Assembly: GCF_001194135.2 (NCBI RefSeq)
Contig: NC_068985.1
Coordinates: 108,058,595 to 108,106,456 of the forward strand
Direction: 5' to 3'
From: Octopus bimaculoides
Lineage: Eukaryota
DNA length: 47,862 nt
Below are positions 1 to 11,809 of this stretch, piece after piece; position 1 is the first letter of the stretch, and each line of letters opens with the position of its first letter. The notes under the pieces are model-generated. The model worked only from the letters and a program-made list of their open reading frames with translations. It was not told the DNA's origin and ran no database searches. Both the position numbers and the translations under genes were made by a program.

Positions 1-173
1 ATTTATATAGATGTGTGTGGGTATGCATGCATATGTATGTCTGAATATTCAAAGTCATCGTTTTTTAAATTTTATAAAAACATCGTAAACAATTTTTAAA
101 AAGAACTTCATACATTTTGTACATCTGTTTGTATTTGTCTTTGTATCATCTATGTAAATTAGATCCATAGTGA

Positions 174-960
174 TCATAATAAAAATTTTACGACATTGAA
201 CGTTTTCTCGTCCTCCACTTCTATCTGGTAGGGAATTCTTTCTATGTCCTCGAATGTGGCAAAAAGCCACATTTCGAGTCCAAATCCCCACCATTTGCAC
301 ACTTTTGTTTTCGCCACTGGTCCCAATTCCGGCTCCTCCTTGGTTGCAGCCAGCACTGTTGCAACCAACCACTCTGGTTTAATTTCTGGTGTAACTCTGG
401 GAATTCCTATTTTCTCATTCTTCTTCCTCTATAGCTTGGTAGTAATGCTATTTTCTCACTTCTTAATATGTTGGTTGCATGCTTGGTTGCCTCTTCTATA
501 GTGGCGAACCTCACCTCAACCGTACCGAACTTTCTTCCTCTATTGATGTACGTGGCTTCATTGACAATTTCACTCAGGCACTCCTCGATTTCCTCTTCCG
601 TCACCATTTCAATTTTACAGGTTTCGACAGCCTGTGTACGATGCACTACTATCCTCAGAATTTTATTTTCTTTAGTCTCTTTTGGGGGACACAGTTTGTA
701 TGAGTCTCCCTCAACTTCTATCAAATTCCTGCTTCTGGTCACCTCCTCCATATCCAACTTGATTAACTTGATTTCTGGCGGCACTGGCTTCCTCACCGCA
801 GTGGCTTTGGCGTAGCTTTCCATACTGGAGACACTACCACTTGCCATAGCTGGGGAAAATGTAGCAGCTCACGTGAAATGCAACCGTAATAATTCCACAA
901 AAATCACAATTATTCACTGAGACAGTTTTCACAAAGTAACACAACAGCATTCACAATAAT
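174..960 (-). mobile_element. 5' part of an L1/Tx1-like non-LTR element: 5' UTR plus frameshifted, 3'-truncated ORF1
   Basis: ORF 847-407 (MASGSVSS...GRKFGTVEVRFATIEEA..., RRM-like) continues after a 1-nt shift in an A-run as IGIPRVTPEIKPEWLV...KTFNVV, then breaks off near 190. It is intronless. The clade call is inference. Confidence 0.55.
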
Positions 961-965
961 TCACA

Positions 966-1022
966 GAGCCGTTATACCGCGAAGCAATTCGACCGGCGTG
1001 CTAACGTTTCTGCTAGCTCGCC
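966..1022 (-). mobile_element. Truncated tRNA-like head of SINE family D
   Basis: ggcgagctagcagaaacgttagcacgccgg matches the head of the copy at 28565-28798; the B-box half is absent. Confidence 0.7.
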
Positions 1023-1129
1023 TCTGTGTGTGTGTAATCTGAATAAGAAGATATAGAAAGACTTTAACATATTTTTAATGATCAATTAAAATTATTTCTG
1101 TACCAACTCTGCTTTCAACGCCAATTCAA

Positions 1130-2342
1130 AGAAAAGTGGAGGAGGTGTCATCCTGAGGTTAAAATGGTGGTAACGTCGGTTCCTACGGAACAGCCACATT
1201 TAAATGGCGATAAACATTACTTCTCAGAATAGTTACAACTGTCATCTCTTACAGAGATGTTCTAACTAGCTAATTTGCTTGTTGCAAAATCAGTGACTCG
1301 GTGTCACATATTTTCTATATATTGCGAGCTGAAGTGAACCGCTTCTATCTCTAGCGGTCGGAAAGGGAATGGAGGAAGAAACCCAACCCACGGCGAGAAA
1401 CGGAGAAAATTTACCAGTGGAAGTACCAGCAAAGGAATCAAAAGGATATTTAGACCAGAAACAAAACAACCCAGAAGTACGGAAACCTAAAAACATAGAC
1501 ACACAGACAAAACACGTAGAGTTACAGTCAAACGAACACACATACTTAGAGACGAAAATACAAGAACACACAAAACTGCAGGAAAATAGAAACAAAAAGA
1601 GACATCAAAAACAACAAACAAAAAGAAAATTATAGTGAGATAGGACACCCCAACGTAAAAGATTGTAAAAGTGAAAGACATTGTGAGAACGGAAGAGGTA
1701 GGTCGATATAATTTTGAAAAGACTGTAATGGAGGAAAATAATTATTTGAACTTTTAAAGAAAAATAAGTAAATTTTATAAATGTTGAATGAACAGGTTGC
1801 CAAACTGTCTTTAAAAATATTGCAATAAACATTTTGTTGACTTTAGTCTTTTTTTTTAAAAAAGGGAAAAAATAAGACGTAAATACTATATGAACAATTG
1901 TTTAATTAAAAGGTGTATAATTGCAAGGCAAAAAGCGAAAAGGGAAGTCGCGGTTTCGCCTCGGTGGAGGCTAGAAGTTGTGTAAAAGTTTAAAGAAAAG
2001 GAATCCACGGTTTCATCTCACAGCTGGAGTGAGCTGGCCGTCTCATTTGCATTGTAAATTATTCATTTCACATTCATCCTTCATATGTTTTATGTTCCCG
2101 CATGTCTTTGTATGTCCCCTCTGTAATTAGGCCTTGTGCCGGTAATAAAGAAGGTATCTCTAGCGGTCGAAATCTTGTGGTCCGTGGCTGGAAGATGCTT
2201 GCAATATATATATCGGGTGCAGATTGCATCGAATAACCAGCTGGAGGTGGCGTCCGCTTGGGGTTAAAATGACAGTAACGTCGGTTCTCAAGGAACAGCT
2301 GTATTTAAGTGGCGATAGACATTACTTCTCAGTATAGTTATT
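1130..2342 (+). repeat. Partial units of a ~359-bp satellite-like family, interrupted by a 794-bp insertion
   Basis: 1130-1360 and 2155-2342 align with the tandem units at 17123-17775. Confidence 0.75.
1361..2154 (+). mobile_element. 794-bp retroposed insertion with 15-bp target-site duplication
   Basis: Exact tatctctagcggtcg at 1346-1360 and 2155-2169; the insertion ends in gccttgtgccggtaataaagaagg. Confidence 0.8.
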
Positions 2343-2689
2343 GCGTTCATATATATCTACACACACACACACTTCATCTTGCGCTAAACAGCTGTGCAAA
2401 GTATCAGAATTTTCGACTCGATTAAAATGTAACAAACTACTCCAAATCCTTGTTAGAACATCCGCATAAGTAGAGACATGGCTGACCAGTTTGAAGCCGC
2501 ATCCAGTCGTATTTGTTGTAATAATAAAATCAAATTAAATAGTGACATTTTGAAATCTTTTAATACGTTTCTGGTTTGCGTAATATATAATAAAAAGATG
2601 CATTCATTATGCATTATGCAGTCAGAGCATTCAAAAAATTTTTTTACAACTAGGATAAAGACCTTGATAGTGATACTATACTGCCAAAA

Positions 2690-3195
2690 TTAAGTTTGAA
2701 AGTTGACAACTTTTGATCTGCAGTGCTCAGGAAGTGACCCCCGGCTTGATTTGGTAGCAGTTGTAGTAGTAGATAAAGAGAATAGAAAGTGCCAGATAAT
2801 TGACTTCACAGTCCCAAATGATGAAAACATTAACATGAGAAGTATAGAAAAAATAGCAGAGTACCACGACCTAGCTATTGAATTACAGAGGTTATGGAAA
2901 GTGCAAGTAAAATGTATCCCAGTAGTCATAGGTGCATTTGGGAACTATCCCTAAAGAGCTGAACAGATAGATAGAGGAAATAGGTATAAATTCCAGTTTA
3001 GCACAGCTCCAGAAAACAGTGTTATTAAGGACAGTTAGAATACATAGGAGGGTTCTTGGCATCTAAAGTTACTTGCTGTAGCTCATTAAGAGGGTTCTTA
3101 GCATCTAAAGTTACTTGTAGACCGATGCTAGAATCTTTTTCTTTTCCAGCAGTCTAATCTGCTGAGAGCATATGAAAATAATAATAATAATAATG
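2690..3195 (+). mobile_element. R4/Dong-like non-LTR retrotransposon 3' fragment (restriction-like endonuclease) with (TAA)n end
   Basis: VVVDKENRKCQIIDFTVPNDENI...EKIAEYHDLAIELQRLWKVQVKCIPVVIGAFG...LQKTVLLRTVRIHRRVL*, then a short UTR and (aat)n. Confidence 0.75.
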
Positions 3196-3221
3196 ATATC
3201 TTCTTTTATTCCTTTGTATAG

Positions 3222-3502
3222 CCGCAGTCATTTGACTGCGNNNNNNNNNNNNNNNNNNNNNNNNNNNNNNNNNNNNNNNNNNNNNNNNNNNNNNNNNNNN
3301 NNNNNNNNNNNNNNNNNNNNNNNNNNNNNNNNNNNNNNNNGGGCTTCTTTCGGTTTCCGTCTACCAAACCCACCCACAAAGCTTTGGTTGGCCCGAAGTT
3401 ATAGTAGAAGACACCTACCCAAGGTGCCGCGCAGTGGGATTGAACCCGGAACCATGTGGTTGGGAAAGGAAGCAAGCACTTTACCATACGACCACGCCGC
3501 GC
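3222..3502 (-). mobile_element. tRNA-derived SINE family A (contains a gap)
   Basis: Head ...ggttccgggttcaatcccactgcgcggcaccttggg and tail gcagtcaaatgactg shared with many copies. Confidence 0.85.
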
Positions 3503-4292
3503 CTATATATGTTTGTGTGCGTCTAAAAACTAACATTTCATTTTCCGAGCTGAGATTCGAAACCGAATGTAAGGATTCTCGCTCGCCTGATCCACCACTG
3601 GCCGAACAGGCGCAAAAGAAATTTCTTTGTCCTGTCATAAAGTGATGGAGGGATATCCATTCGACCTCCGACCTGTGCTGTTTCACTGAAGGTTCAATTG
3701 GACAGCAGGCGACCTACATAGATAGAAATTACTCCTATGGTATATCTGTTCTTCTAGCTAGGATGACAATTATAAATCGTCAGACGCACGACAGATAGGC
3801 AGACAACCAGCAACAGGCAAGTAGTCAAGAGGGAGCCAGATGGCAGGCCATGACGAAGCAGTGACCAATGATACAACACAGACCGGACCAAATGACCAAC
3901 GCACACACAGACACAGAACATGCCCGGTTCTACCTCATCACATCGACACAGTATTTTTCCTGTTATTCCTCTTTACTTCGCCAACTCCAAGCTGTTGGTA
4001 ACTTCAGGTAGCGGCCTTCATTGATATTATAAATATAAATCAAACTAAATGAAAGTATGGATCAAATATAAATTATTTAAACTACAATCCGATGCTTTCT
4101 TTATTGTTTTACTTTGATGTCGTCAATGTAATGGACACAGGTTCATGTGTCACATAGCTAGATAGAGGCGATGGCCTCTTGGAGCTAATCAACGGCAGCA
4201 TTCGTCCTATTTTTCTGGACTGCCATGTTAGCTTGGCGATAACTACCGCTGCCGTAGTCTCTTTTAGAGAGACTTAGAAATATTAATATTTC

Positions 4293-4321
<29 letters not shown>

Positions 4322-4326
<5 letters not shown>

Positions 4327-4702
4327 GCACTCCGTCGCTTACGACGACGAGGGTTCCAGTTGATCCGATCAACGGAACCGCCTGCTCGTGAGATTAACGT
4401 ACAAGTGGCTGAGCACTCCAGAGACACGTGTACCCTTAACGTAGTTCTCGGGGATATTCAGCGTGACACAGTGTGACAAGGCTGGCCCTTTGAATTACAG
4501 GCACAACAGAAACAAGAAGTAAGGGTGAGAGAAAGTTGTGGTGAAAGAGTACACCAGGGTTCGCCACCACCCCCTGCCGGAGCCTCATGGAGCTTTAGGT
4601 GTTTTCGCTCAATAAACACTCACAACGCCTGGTCTGGGAATCGAAATCGCGATCCTATGACCGCGAGTCCGCTGCCCTAACCACTGGGCCATTGCGCCTC
4701 CA
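4322..4702 (-). mobile_element. tRNA-derived SINE family B
   Basis: Head ggaggcgcaatggcccagtggttagggcagcggactcgcgg and tail gacggagtgccaaca; near-identical to the copies at 29648, 37034 and 42989. Confidence 0.9.
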
Positions 4703-5254
4703 CGACAGATAAATACCACTATATCAAATACCATAGAACATAAATTCTTGATTTATTAATATATCTCCGCCTCTAGAGGATGTATCGCAATTAACCAACA
4801 AGCAGAAATGTATAAATACATAAGTGGGCATTCAAACTTACTTCTAAACGAGAAATCGGCCTAAAATCACTGAGACATCATATTCCTTTCTGCTGAAATG
4901 GTTTGCTACGAAAGAATGTAAAGCGTCACGTTTTTTCAGTCAGGACAAATCTCAAAGTAACATTGTTTTAAGGCAATTGTAGTTTCTCAATAAGTGTCCC
5001 TTTCAAAATGTTACACATCCTCTTCACGTGTCACCCTAATTAATAGCAAGTTTATTAATGTCATTGAATAAGTTCTGCTTGGTGCAGACTTGTCTATTTA
5101 AATGCTCGTGTTTAAAAGTGCAACCCAAGTCATTAGTGGTAGCACAGCAGAAAAATCAATTTATCATTCTCCTGCCATTTCTGTCACTCACTCCTCCATC
5201 CGTTCCCATCTTCTCTCTCTGTATATGTATGTATGTATGTATGTATGTGGACAT

Positions 5255-5286
<32 letters not shown>

Positions 5287-5399
5287 TCACAAAGTGTGAA
5301 ATAATAATTTTTTTAACAATGAACCTCGAAGTAATCAAAGCTACAAATAAAAACCCGAAGAACATCGGTTGAAAAAAACCTTTTGGCTGGAAAATTAGA

Positions 5400-6165
5400 A
5401 GGCTGCCGGTGAACTTTTTTTCATCCAAGTTTTTTTATGACCCAGTATTTTCCATGCTATTATCTATAGCTTTATTTACTTCAAGTGGATCTTTTCTGTA
5501 AGGCTCAACATCCTGAGATCGGTCCTTACCACTTCATCCCTTGTCTTCCTGGGTTTTCCTCTTTCACGCGTACCCTCCTCTTTCTGTGATCGGCACTTCT
5601 TTATACAGCTGTCTTCATTCATACGCAGCACATATCCAAACCAACCTAGTCTTCCGTCTTGCGTACTGCATTTGATTTTTCTTAAGCTCAACTTTTCTCT
5701 GAATATGTTTGCACTTTGTTGTACATGCATACTGATGTTGCACATCCAACAGCGCATACAGCCTCCATTTCTCTCTCGGCATTAAGAGCCGATCTCTCAC
5801 TACCATAGAGTATAGCCGTTCGCATACAAACATCATATAGTCTACCTTTCTCTCTGAGAGAGTGTCCTTTTGTTGCCAACAGAGATAATAGTTCTCTGAA
5901 CTTCCTCCGTCCTGTTCTTATTCTAGAAACAATACTTTCAGAACAGCCTCCACTTTTGCTAATTTGGTCAGCTAGATAACAGAAACTATTTACAATCCCA
6001 AGAGAGCCTCCTGAGCATTTGAGGGAATCCGTGTGCTCGAGGGAAGTCCCGTGTGCTCTTAGTGTTTGAAGTTCCTGTACATCTGCCACATACGAAGGCG
6101 ACTTTATGTGTTAATCTACTTGTGATTCCACTGCATCTCTTATGTGTCCATAGCTTTTGAGAATG
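5400..6165 (-). mobile_element. RTE-clade LINE 3' fragment (decayed RT C-terminus)
   Basis: LWTHKRCSGI...FVCGRC; VNSFCYL..QIS..GGCSESIVSRIR...KFRELL.LL.TKG; RLGWFG.VLRM; RGKPRKT; frameshifted. Confidence 0.85.
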
Positions 6166-6229
6166 AAAGAAAGTTGCAGCAAAATTTGTGCCTCGCTTGC
6201 TCACAGATCAAAAGCAGTCACGACTGAAT

Positions 6230-6450
6230 GCAAGTCATGAACTGAAAAGGGGCTTACTTCAATGTTTAAATGAGACGAGAAAAATGGCTTAAAATGAGAA
6301 TACCAGCTTTGAGAGAAACAAAAATGATAAAAATTACTAAAAGCAGTTAAGTGACTGGATAAACTATTAGCAAAATCAAAGTTGAGAAAGTCACAGATGT
6401 AAATGACTTTATATACTGTGAAGCCTTTGTTGCTGCTTGGAGAGGTGGCT
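6230..6450 (+). mobile_element. Possible R4/Dong-like N-terminal remnant
   Basis: Broken frames give RIPALRE and KIKVEKVTDVNDFIYCEAFV, resembling the N-terminal region of R4-clade ORFs. Confidence 0.3.
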
Positions 6451-6719
6451 GGCGGGTATGCAGTTATCTGGTCGTCGGCTGCTGGTACTGGGAACAAAGC
6501 GTGTTTTTGATGGCTGACTGGATGGATAGATGCGCTGGATGGATAGGTGCGATGGATGAAGACAATATTATAGTTCAGTTGAACGCATATTTTCAAGGCG
6601 GTGTTCCAACATGGCTGCAATACAATGAGTGTATCAAGTAAAAGATAAATTACGTATAAGTGAATAAATTAATGCATGAACAGAACACCCCCTCCACAAA
6701 AATGAATGAATAAATAAAT

Positions 6720-7100
6720 AGGCGCAGGAGTAGCTGTGTGGTAAGTAGCTTGCTTACCAACCACATGGTTCCGGGTTCAGTCTCACTGCGTGGCACCTTG
6801 GGCAAGTGTCTTCCACTACAGCCTCGGGCTGACCAAAGCCTTGTGAGTGGATTTGGTAGACAGAAACTGAAAGAAGCCCATATGCATATGTATATGTTTG
6901 TGTGTCTGTGTTTGTTTCCCCAACATCGCTTGACAACCGATGCTGGTGTGTTTAGTCCTCGTAACGTAGCAGTTTGGCAAAAGTGACCGATAGAATAAAT
7001 CCTCGGCTTAGAAAGAATAAGTCCTGGGGTCGATTTTCTCGACTAAAGGCGGTGCTCCAACATAGCAGCAGTCAAATGACTGAAACAAATAAAAGAATAA
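6720..7100 (+). mobile_element. SINE family A, full-length copy
   Basis: aggcgcaggagtagctgtgtggtaag through gcagtcaaatgactgaaacaaataaaaga. Confidence 0.9.
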
Positions 7101-7548
7101 AAGAAAAATAAATAAATAAAAACACGCTTTGAAAGCCAGAAGAAAATTTTATCTAACTCAGCCGTACTGATTATAACACTTGCAACTCTTCTCCGAGTCC
7201 AAACATAGAACAGTTTTCGTTGTAATTTTATCATTTCTACAAAACTTAAAAACTGAATACGTTTAAAAAAAATATGACATAACAGTCTTGTCTTATCTAT
7301 TTACAATCAACCCATTCTACAAATTATTAAAAAAATGCTTTAATATTTCTAAAAAAGCAGACCTTTGTAACATTCAACAAGATTTTTTTTAAAGTCACTT
7401 TCTGCGAATTTTTCACGATTCAGGCAGTGGTACTTACAACAAACGTGAAATATGATGCTCTCGTGTTTGTAATTTGTCTACAACTCAATTCTTTGGTATT
7501 TTTATATTTTTTGCGTGTAGTGTTCTAGTTTGTTTTTTGTGTGTGTTC

Positions 7549-7584
<36 letters not shown>

Positions 7585-8486
7585 CTGTATAGTTGTTGTT
7601 CTAATTTCTTTTGCGTGAAATTCTTTTAGAATAATATGCCAGACTCTTTGCCCACTTCAATATTTGCAACTTCAGTTTTTTTTTTTCTAACCCCAATGTT
7701 TTCTCTCTTAATAATTTCTTCCTTTTCATAAAAAAAAAAAATTGATAAACTAGTAATTAAAACTGTTTACATATTAGAGTTTACTTTCATAAGACTGAAA
7801 ACTTTTCATGAATAGTTTTTTTTTATAAAAATCTTGTGCTAATATAGAAAAACTGTTACAAAGTAATCATAGGTTGAAATGTTTTATATATTGTTAGGAA
7901 ACTTTTCAGTTTGACACACTAATTCCGATTTTATAGAAAATTTCTACGCAGACGTAACTTTTCCTGATAATTACAAAAATTGCAAATATTTTTTGGACCA
8001 AATAATAATAATAATTTAAGCAATTTCTTTGTAGAAATGGGGGAAATGTGATTTTGGCATAAAGTAGAGCCCTATAAAGCTAAATATAATTAGTAGGATT
8101 ATGTTTACTAGTCCTAAAGAATTCTATAAACAGTAGACAAAGCTATAAGTTGTTTTACATATATAAGAGAAATAAAACTTTATATTGCTAGAGTGAAGAT
8201 GCAAGTGAAATGTGCACCTATAATAATAATAATGATAACAATAAAGTTATGAATCTTTAAAGGCTGACTTGTTTTGTAATTTTAACCAGTTAGACCCATT
8301 TATTCTGTTCACTCCATGACGTTGTTATGAAAAGCACCACAGTTATTTTGAGACACCACGTTACGTAAACCCCAATAACATTGAAGTAATTAACAATAAT
8401 AACTTTACACAATTTTTAAAGATGAACATTATTTAATGAAAGAAAACGATAATCATTTTACAAAGAAATTTCAAAGCCTTTACTTT

Positions 8487-8797
8487 AAACCCCTAAAACT
8501 AATCCTAATCTTAAACCTAAAACCCAACCCTAAGCACTAACTCGACCACTAAGCCCTAATATTGAACCTTAAGTCTAAACACTAACCCTACACCCTAATT
8601 CCTAATCCTAAACTCCAAACTTTAACTCTAAACCCTAACACTAAACCCAAGCTGTAAACCCTTAACTCTAACAGAAACCCCTCAAGCCTAACCCTAAATC
8701 CTAAACCTAACCCTAACCGGTAAATCCTAACCTTAACCGGTAAATCCTAACCCTAAACTTTACCTCTAAACCTTAGGTTTAAATCCTAATCTTAAAC
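8487..8797 (+). repeat. Degenerate (CCCTAA)n-like interstitial tract
   Basis: Many ccctaa, cctaa and ccttaa variants, e.g. cctaaccctaaatcctaaacctaaccctaacc. Confidence 0.75.
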
Positions 8798-9663
8798 TCG
8801 AGAATGGCTAGAATTATATTAAAAAAATCAATCTTCAAAATTGTGTAGTTTGTTTTTTAGTATTAATTTTTTGTCAATAAAAATGGTTGTTATTTTCGTA
8901 ATTCGCACGATAAACTGCATGTGTTGAAACAATTATAATTTTTACGAAATTCGTCCGACTGTAACAATTTCCGGTTTGTTTTACAACCCACCCCCTTTCT
9001 CCCTCCGTATGTATGTATGTATGTATGTATGTATGTATGTATTTACAGACATACACTATCGTTAAAGACGTTTGAACAAGAATATGAACATTGTAAAGGC
9101 TGTAAAGCGTGACATGGACAGCTGCAACGGATACCACGAATCCATGGCCAGCAGGAAGGAACATAGTAAGCATTTTGACTGCGTCCGCACACCGGAGTTC
9201 GTTCCCCTTGTAAGGAACGACCGTGCGAACTCAAAAAGGGAGAAATGGTGACGAATGGAAAAACAGAGGACTCCTTTTATTTAGACGCGTCACACGGTCG
9301 AACACATAATTATATATCTCAATGATGATGATATACATGATATGTTATGCGACGATAACATAGATGACCAGTAATGACAGGCCACAACCGTATAAGATGA
9401 ATAACAGAGATATTTATTATGGCGTTAAAGATGTATGTCTGTGTGAGAGTGTGAATGCGACATATAATAACATAATCAAAGACAGGCCGTCATACAAAGA
9501 AAAGTGTGTATGTGAGTGATACATGTGTGTATGAGTGTTTACAGCAGATAGAAAGAGAGTCAATAACACGTGAGCAATTACACCAGTTCTTTAGTACACT
9601 ATAGGAAAAGTTCTGTATGTGAAAGTGAGGGGGCTGAGTGTGGCAGTGCTGATCACTTGTTGT

Positions 9664-10165
9664 NNNNNNNNNNNNNNNNNNNNNNNNNNNNNNNNNNNNN
9701 NNNNNNNNNNNNNNNNNNNNNNNNNNNNNNNNNNNNNNNNNNNNNNNNNNNNNNNNNNNNNNNNNNNNNNNNNNNNNNNNNNNNNNNNNNNNNNNNNNNN
9801 NNNNNNNNNNNNNNNNNNNNNNNNNNNNNNNNNNNNNNNNNNNNNNNNNNNNNNNNNNNNNNNNNNNNNNNNNNNNNNNNNNNNNNNNNNNNNNNNNNNN
9901 NNNNNNNNNNNNNNNNNNNNNNNNNNNNNNNNNNNNNNNNNNNNNNNNNNNNNNNNNNNNNNNNNNNNNNNNNNNNNNNNNNNNNNNNNNNNNNNNNNNN
10001 NNNNNNNNNNNNNNNNNNNNNNNNNNNNNNNNNNNNNNNNNNNNNNNNNNNNNNNNNNNNNNNNNNNNNNNNNNNNNNNNNNNNNNNNNNNNNNNNNNNN
10101 NNNNNNNNNNNNNNNNNNNNNNNNNNNNNNNNNNNNNNNNNNNNNNNNNNNNNNNNNNNNNNNNN
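9664..10165. other. Assembly gap (others at 3241-3340, 12433-12513, 13270-13279, 27168-27596, 39532-40126, 41411-41870)
   Basis: Runs of N. Confidence 1.
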
Positions 10166-10394
10166 GGTTCCCGATGGCTTCAGAATTTTACTCTATCACG
10201 TGACCTTATTAGGGGCCGTGATTGGTCAGTTTGCGTTCTGGCGGGAAAGGTTCGAAGAAGTTGTCGATTCGAATAATGATCAGTCACGTGATGACAAGGT
10301 TAATGTTTTCCCCTACGTTCGCGTTTGTTTATATTTAAATGAGAAGAATGGCGATAGCAGTTTTGTATCTAATGGCGGGAGGTAGTTTCACTAC

Positions 10395-10720
10395 ACCCTC
10401 ATATTTGAACAGGGCCTTGGGCTCAATTCAGACGGCTTTGTGAAGCTGCTAGATACTGTGGTCAAACCTGATTGGAGATGGTTGCTGCTGGAAGGCTGGG
10501 TGTGTCGCAGCAGGATTCAGCTCTTTGACATACTTCCAAAAAGAGTCAGGAGCGGTTGTCGGAGAATTTCTACGACTTCACCAGCCCCAATTTTTGGTCT
10601 CCTAATCCCCACGATTGTAAGCTCATGGATTATTATGTTTGCAGCAACAAGGTCGATCTGGTGGCCAAGATGAAGAAGGTATTCGAAGATTTTCTTTGGG
10701 ACGCAGTGAAGAATACATGA
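10395..10720 (+). mobile_element. Tc1/mariner (DD37D, maT-type spacing) transposase remnant
   Basis: QQDSAL*HTSKKSQERLSENFYDFTSPNFWSPNPHDCKLMDYYV: 37 residues between the two Asp; internal stop. Confidence 0.75.
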
Positions 10721-10960
10721 TTAGGATTGGTATCTTCTAGGAAGCCTTCACAGAAAAATGCATGTCATTTTTGCCTTTTTAGGGAGAGAGTCTTCGATTG
10801 CAAATTATGTTTCACTGGGAGCAGCGATATCAATGTTTTACTGTTTCAGTTCACTCACAATGAGAGGAATTTGGCAATGTGGTCTCTCATTATTCCTATA
10901 ATCTTGAAGAGTTCAGATGTTCCAAATTGCAAATATTAGATGTTTCTTTTTTGTTCGACT
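10720..10960 (-). mobile_element. RTE/BovB-like LINE 5' remnant (AP-endonuclease N-terminus)
   Basis: LIFAIWNI*TLQD...ERPHCQIPLIVSELKQ*NIDIAAPSET*FAIEDSL matches the RTE WNVRTL...NIDIAALSETR pattern. Confidence 0.65.
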
Positions 10961-11809
10961 GCAGATGGGATAGTCAGACAGGAGCACTTACCTGTCCTGG
11001 AAAAAGAAGACTAGCAATGCTTGAGTCACCTTTTCAAGACCCTCCCTCTTCTGAGGAAGGCGATGTTATTTCTGTATAGGCCTGCCAGGACATGTAAGTA
11101 GGATCGGGGGTGTGGGTGGGGGTGGCTTAGTTCCCCCACTCACATTCCAGTGATCATCTTGCCTACACCATCTGTGTGCAGGTAACAAACTAGAGACATC
11201 CAGTAACTCCCCATGCCTGTTTCTGTCACTTGCAGTCCATCTCCACAGGATTTTGAAGTGGAGAAAAAAACAAAAAACAAAACAAAGAAGACAAAGCCTG
11301 TGCAGAGATTTTTTCTGGGTGATTTGTTGGTACGCAGTCCACAGATGCACTAACTTTGTCTTCATAAGTATGGTTTCCATAGCAAGGAAGATTGCGTGAC
11401 AATTGAGGTCCCAAAAGAGTTGCAGTGGAATGCCATAAATCTAAGTTTGTCTGGTAACGTCTTTGAGCTTGCCTATGCTACAAAGTCGAACCGATGTTGG
11501 GAAAAGCAATTCTTCAGCCGTTATTAAAAAAAAACATGTCATCAACACGAAAAGTCACAAGATACCAGATCCCTGTTATCCACATTTTCAGGGTTCTGAT
11601 AGGATCTTCCCACCACACTAGTAACGCAAAATAATTCTTGGACAAGAAGTCGTCACCACTGACGGTATAGATTCTGTCAGCAATCCTCTGCACCACAGTG
11701 AGGAAGGGTTGGAATTCACAGAGAAATATAATAAAGTAGTCATCATTTCTTCAGCAACTAAAATTTAAATAACAGTTCAAAATGAAGAAAATATAATGTT
11801 TGGTTTGCA

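Noticed and set aside
400-420. Programmed frameshift or readthrough at the ORF1 break
   Set aside because: A single-A loss in a short A-run of a truncated element is simpler; no clear slippery heptamer or pseudoknot.
9570-10385. Long ORFs in the track spanning N runs (also 27088-27675, 39454-40131, 41317-41939)
   Set aside because: Artefacts of gaps translated as X.
10985-11080. Strong minus-strand donor (gacag|gtaagt) and the plus ORF 10879-11079
   Set aside because: All minus-strand frames upstream have stops, and the region adjoins an RTE 5' remnant.
11380-11720. Coding-looking stretch with ORF 11514-11696
   Set aside because: No motif could be assigned in any frame; likely a decayed repeat, left uncalled.
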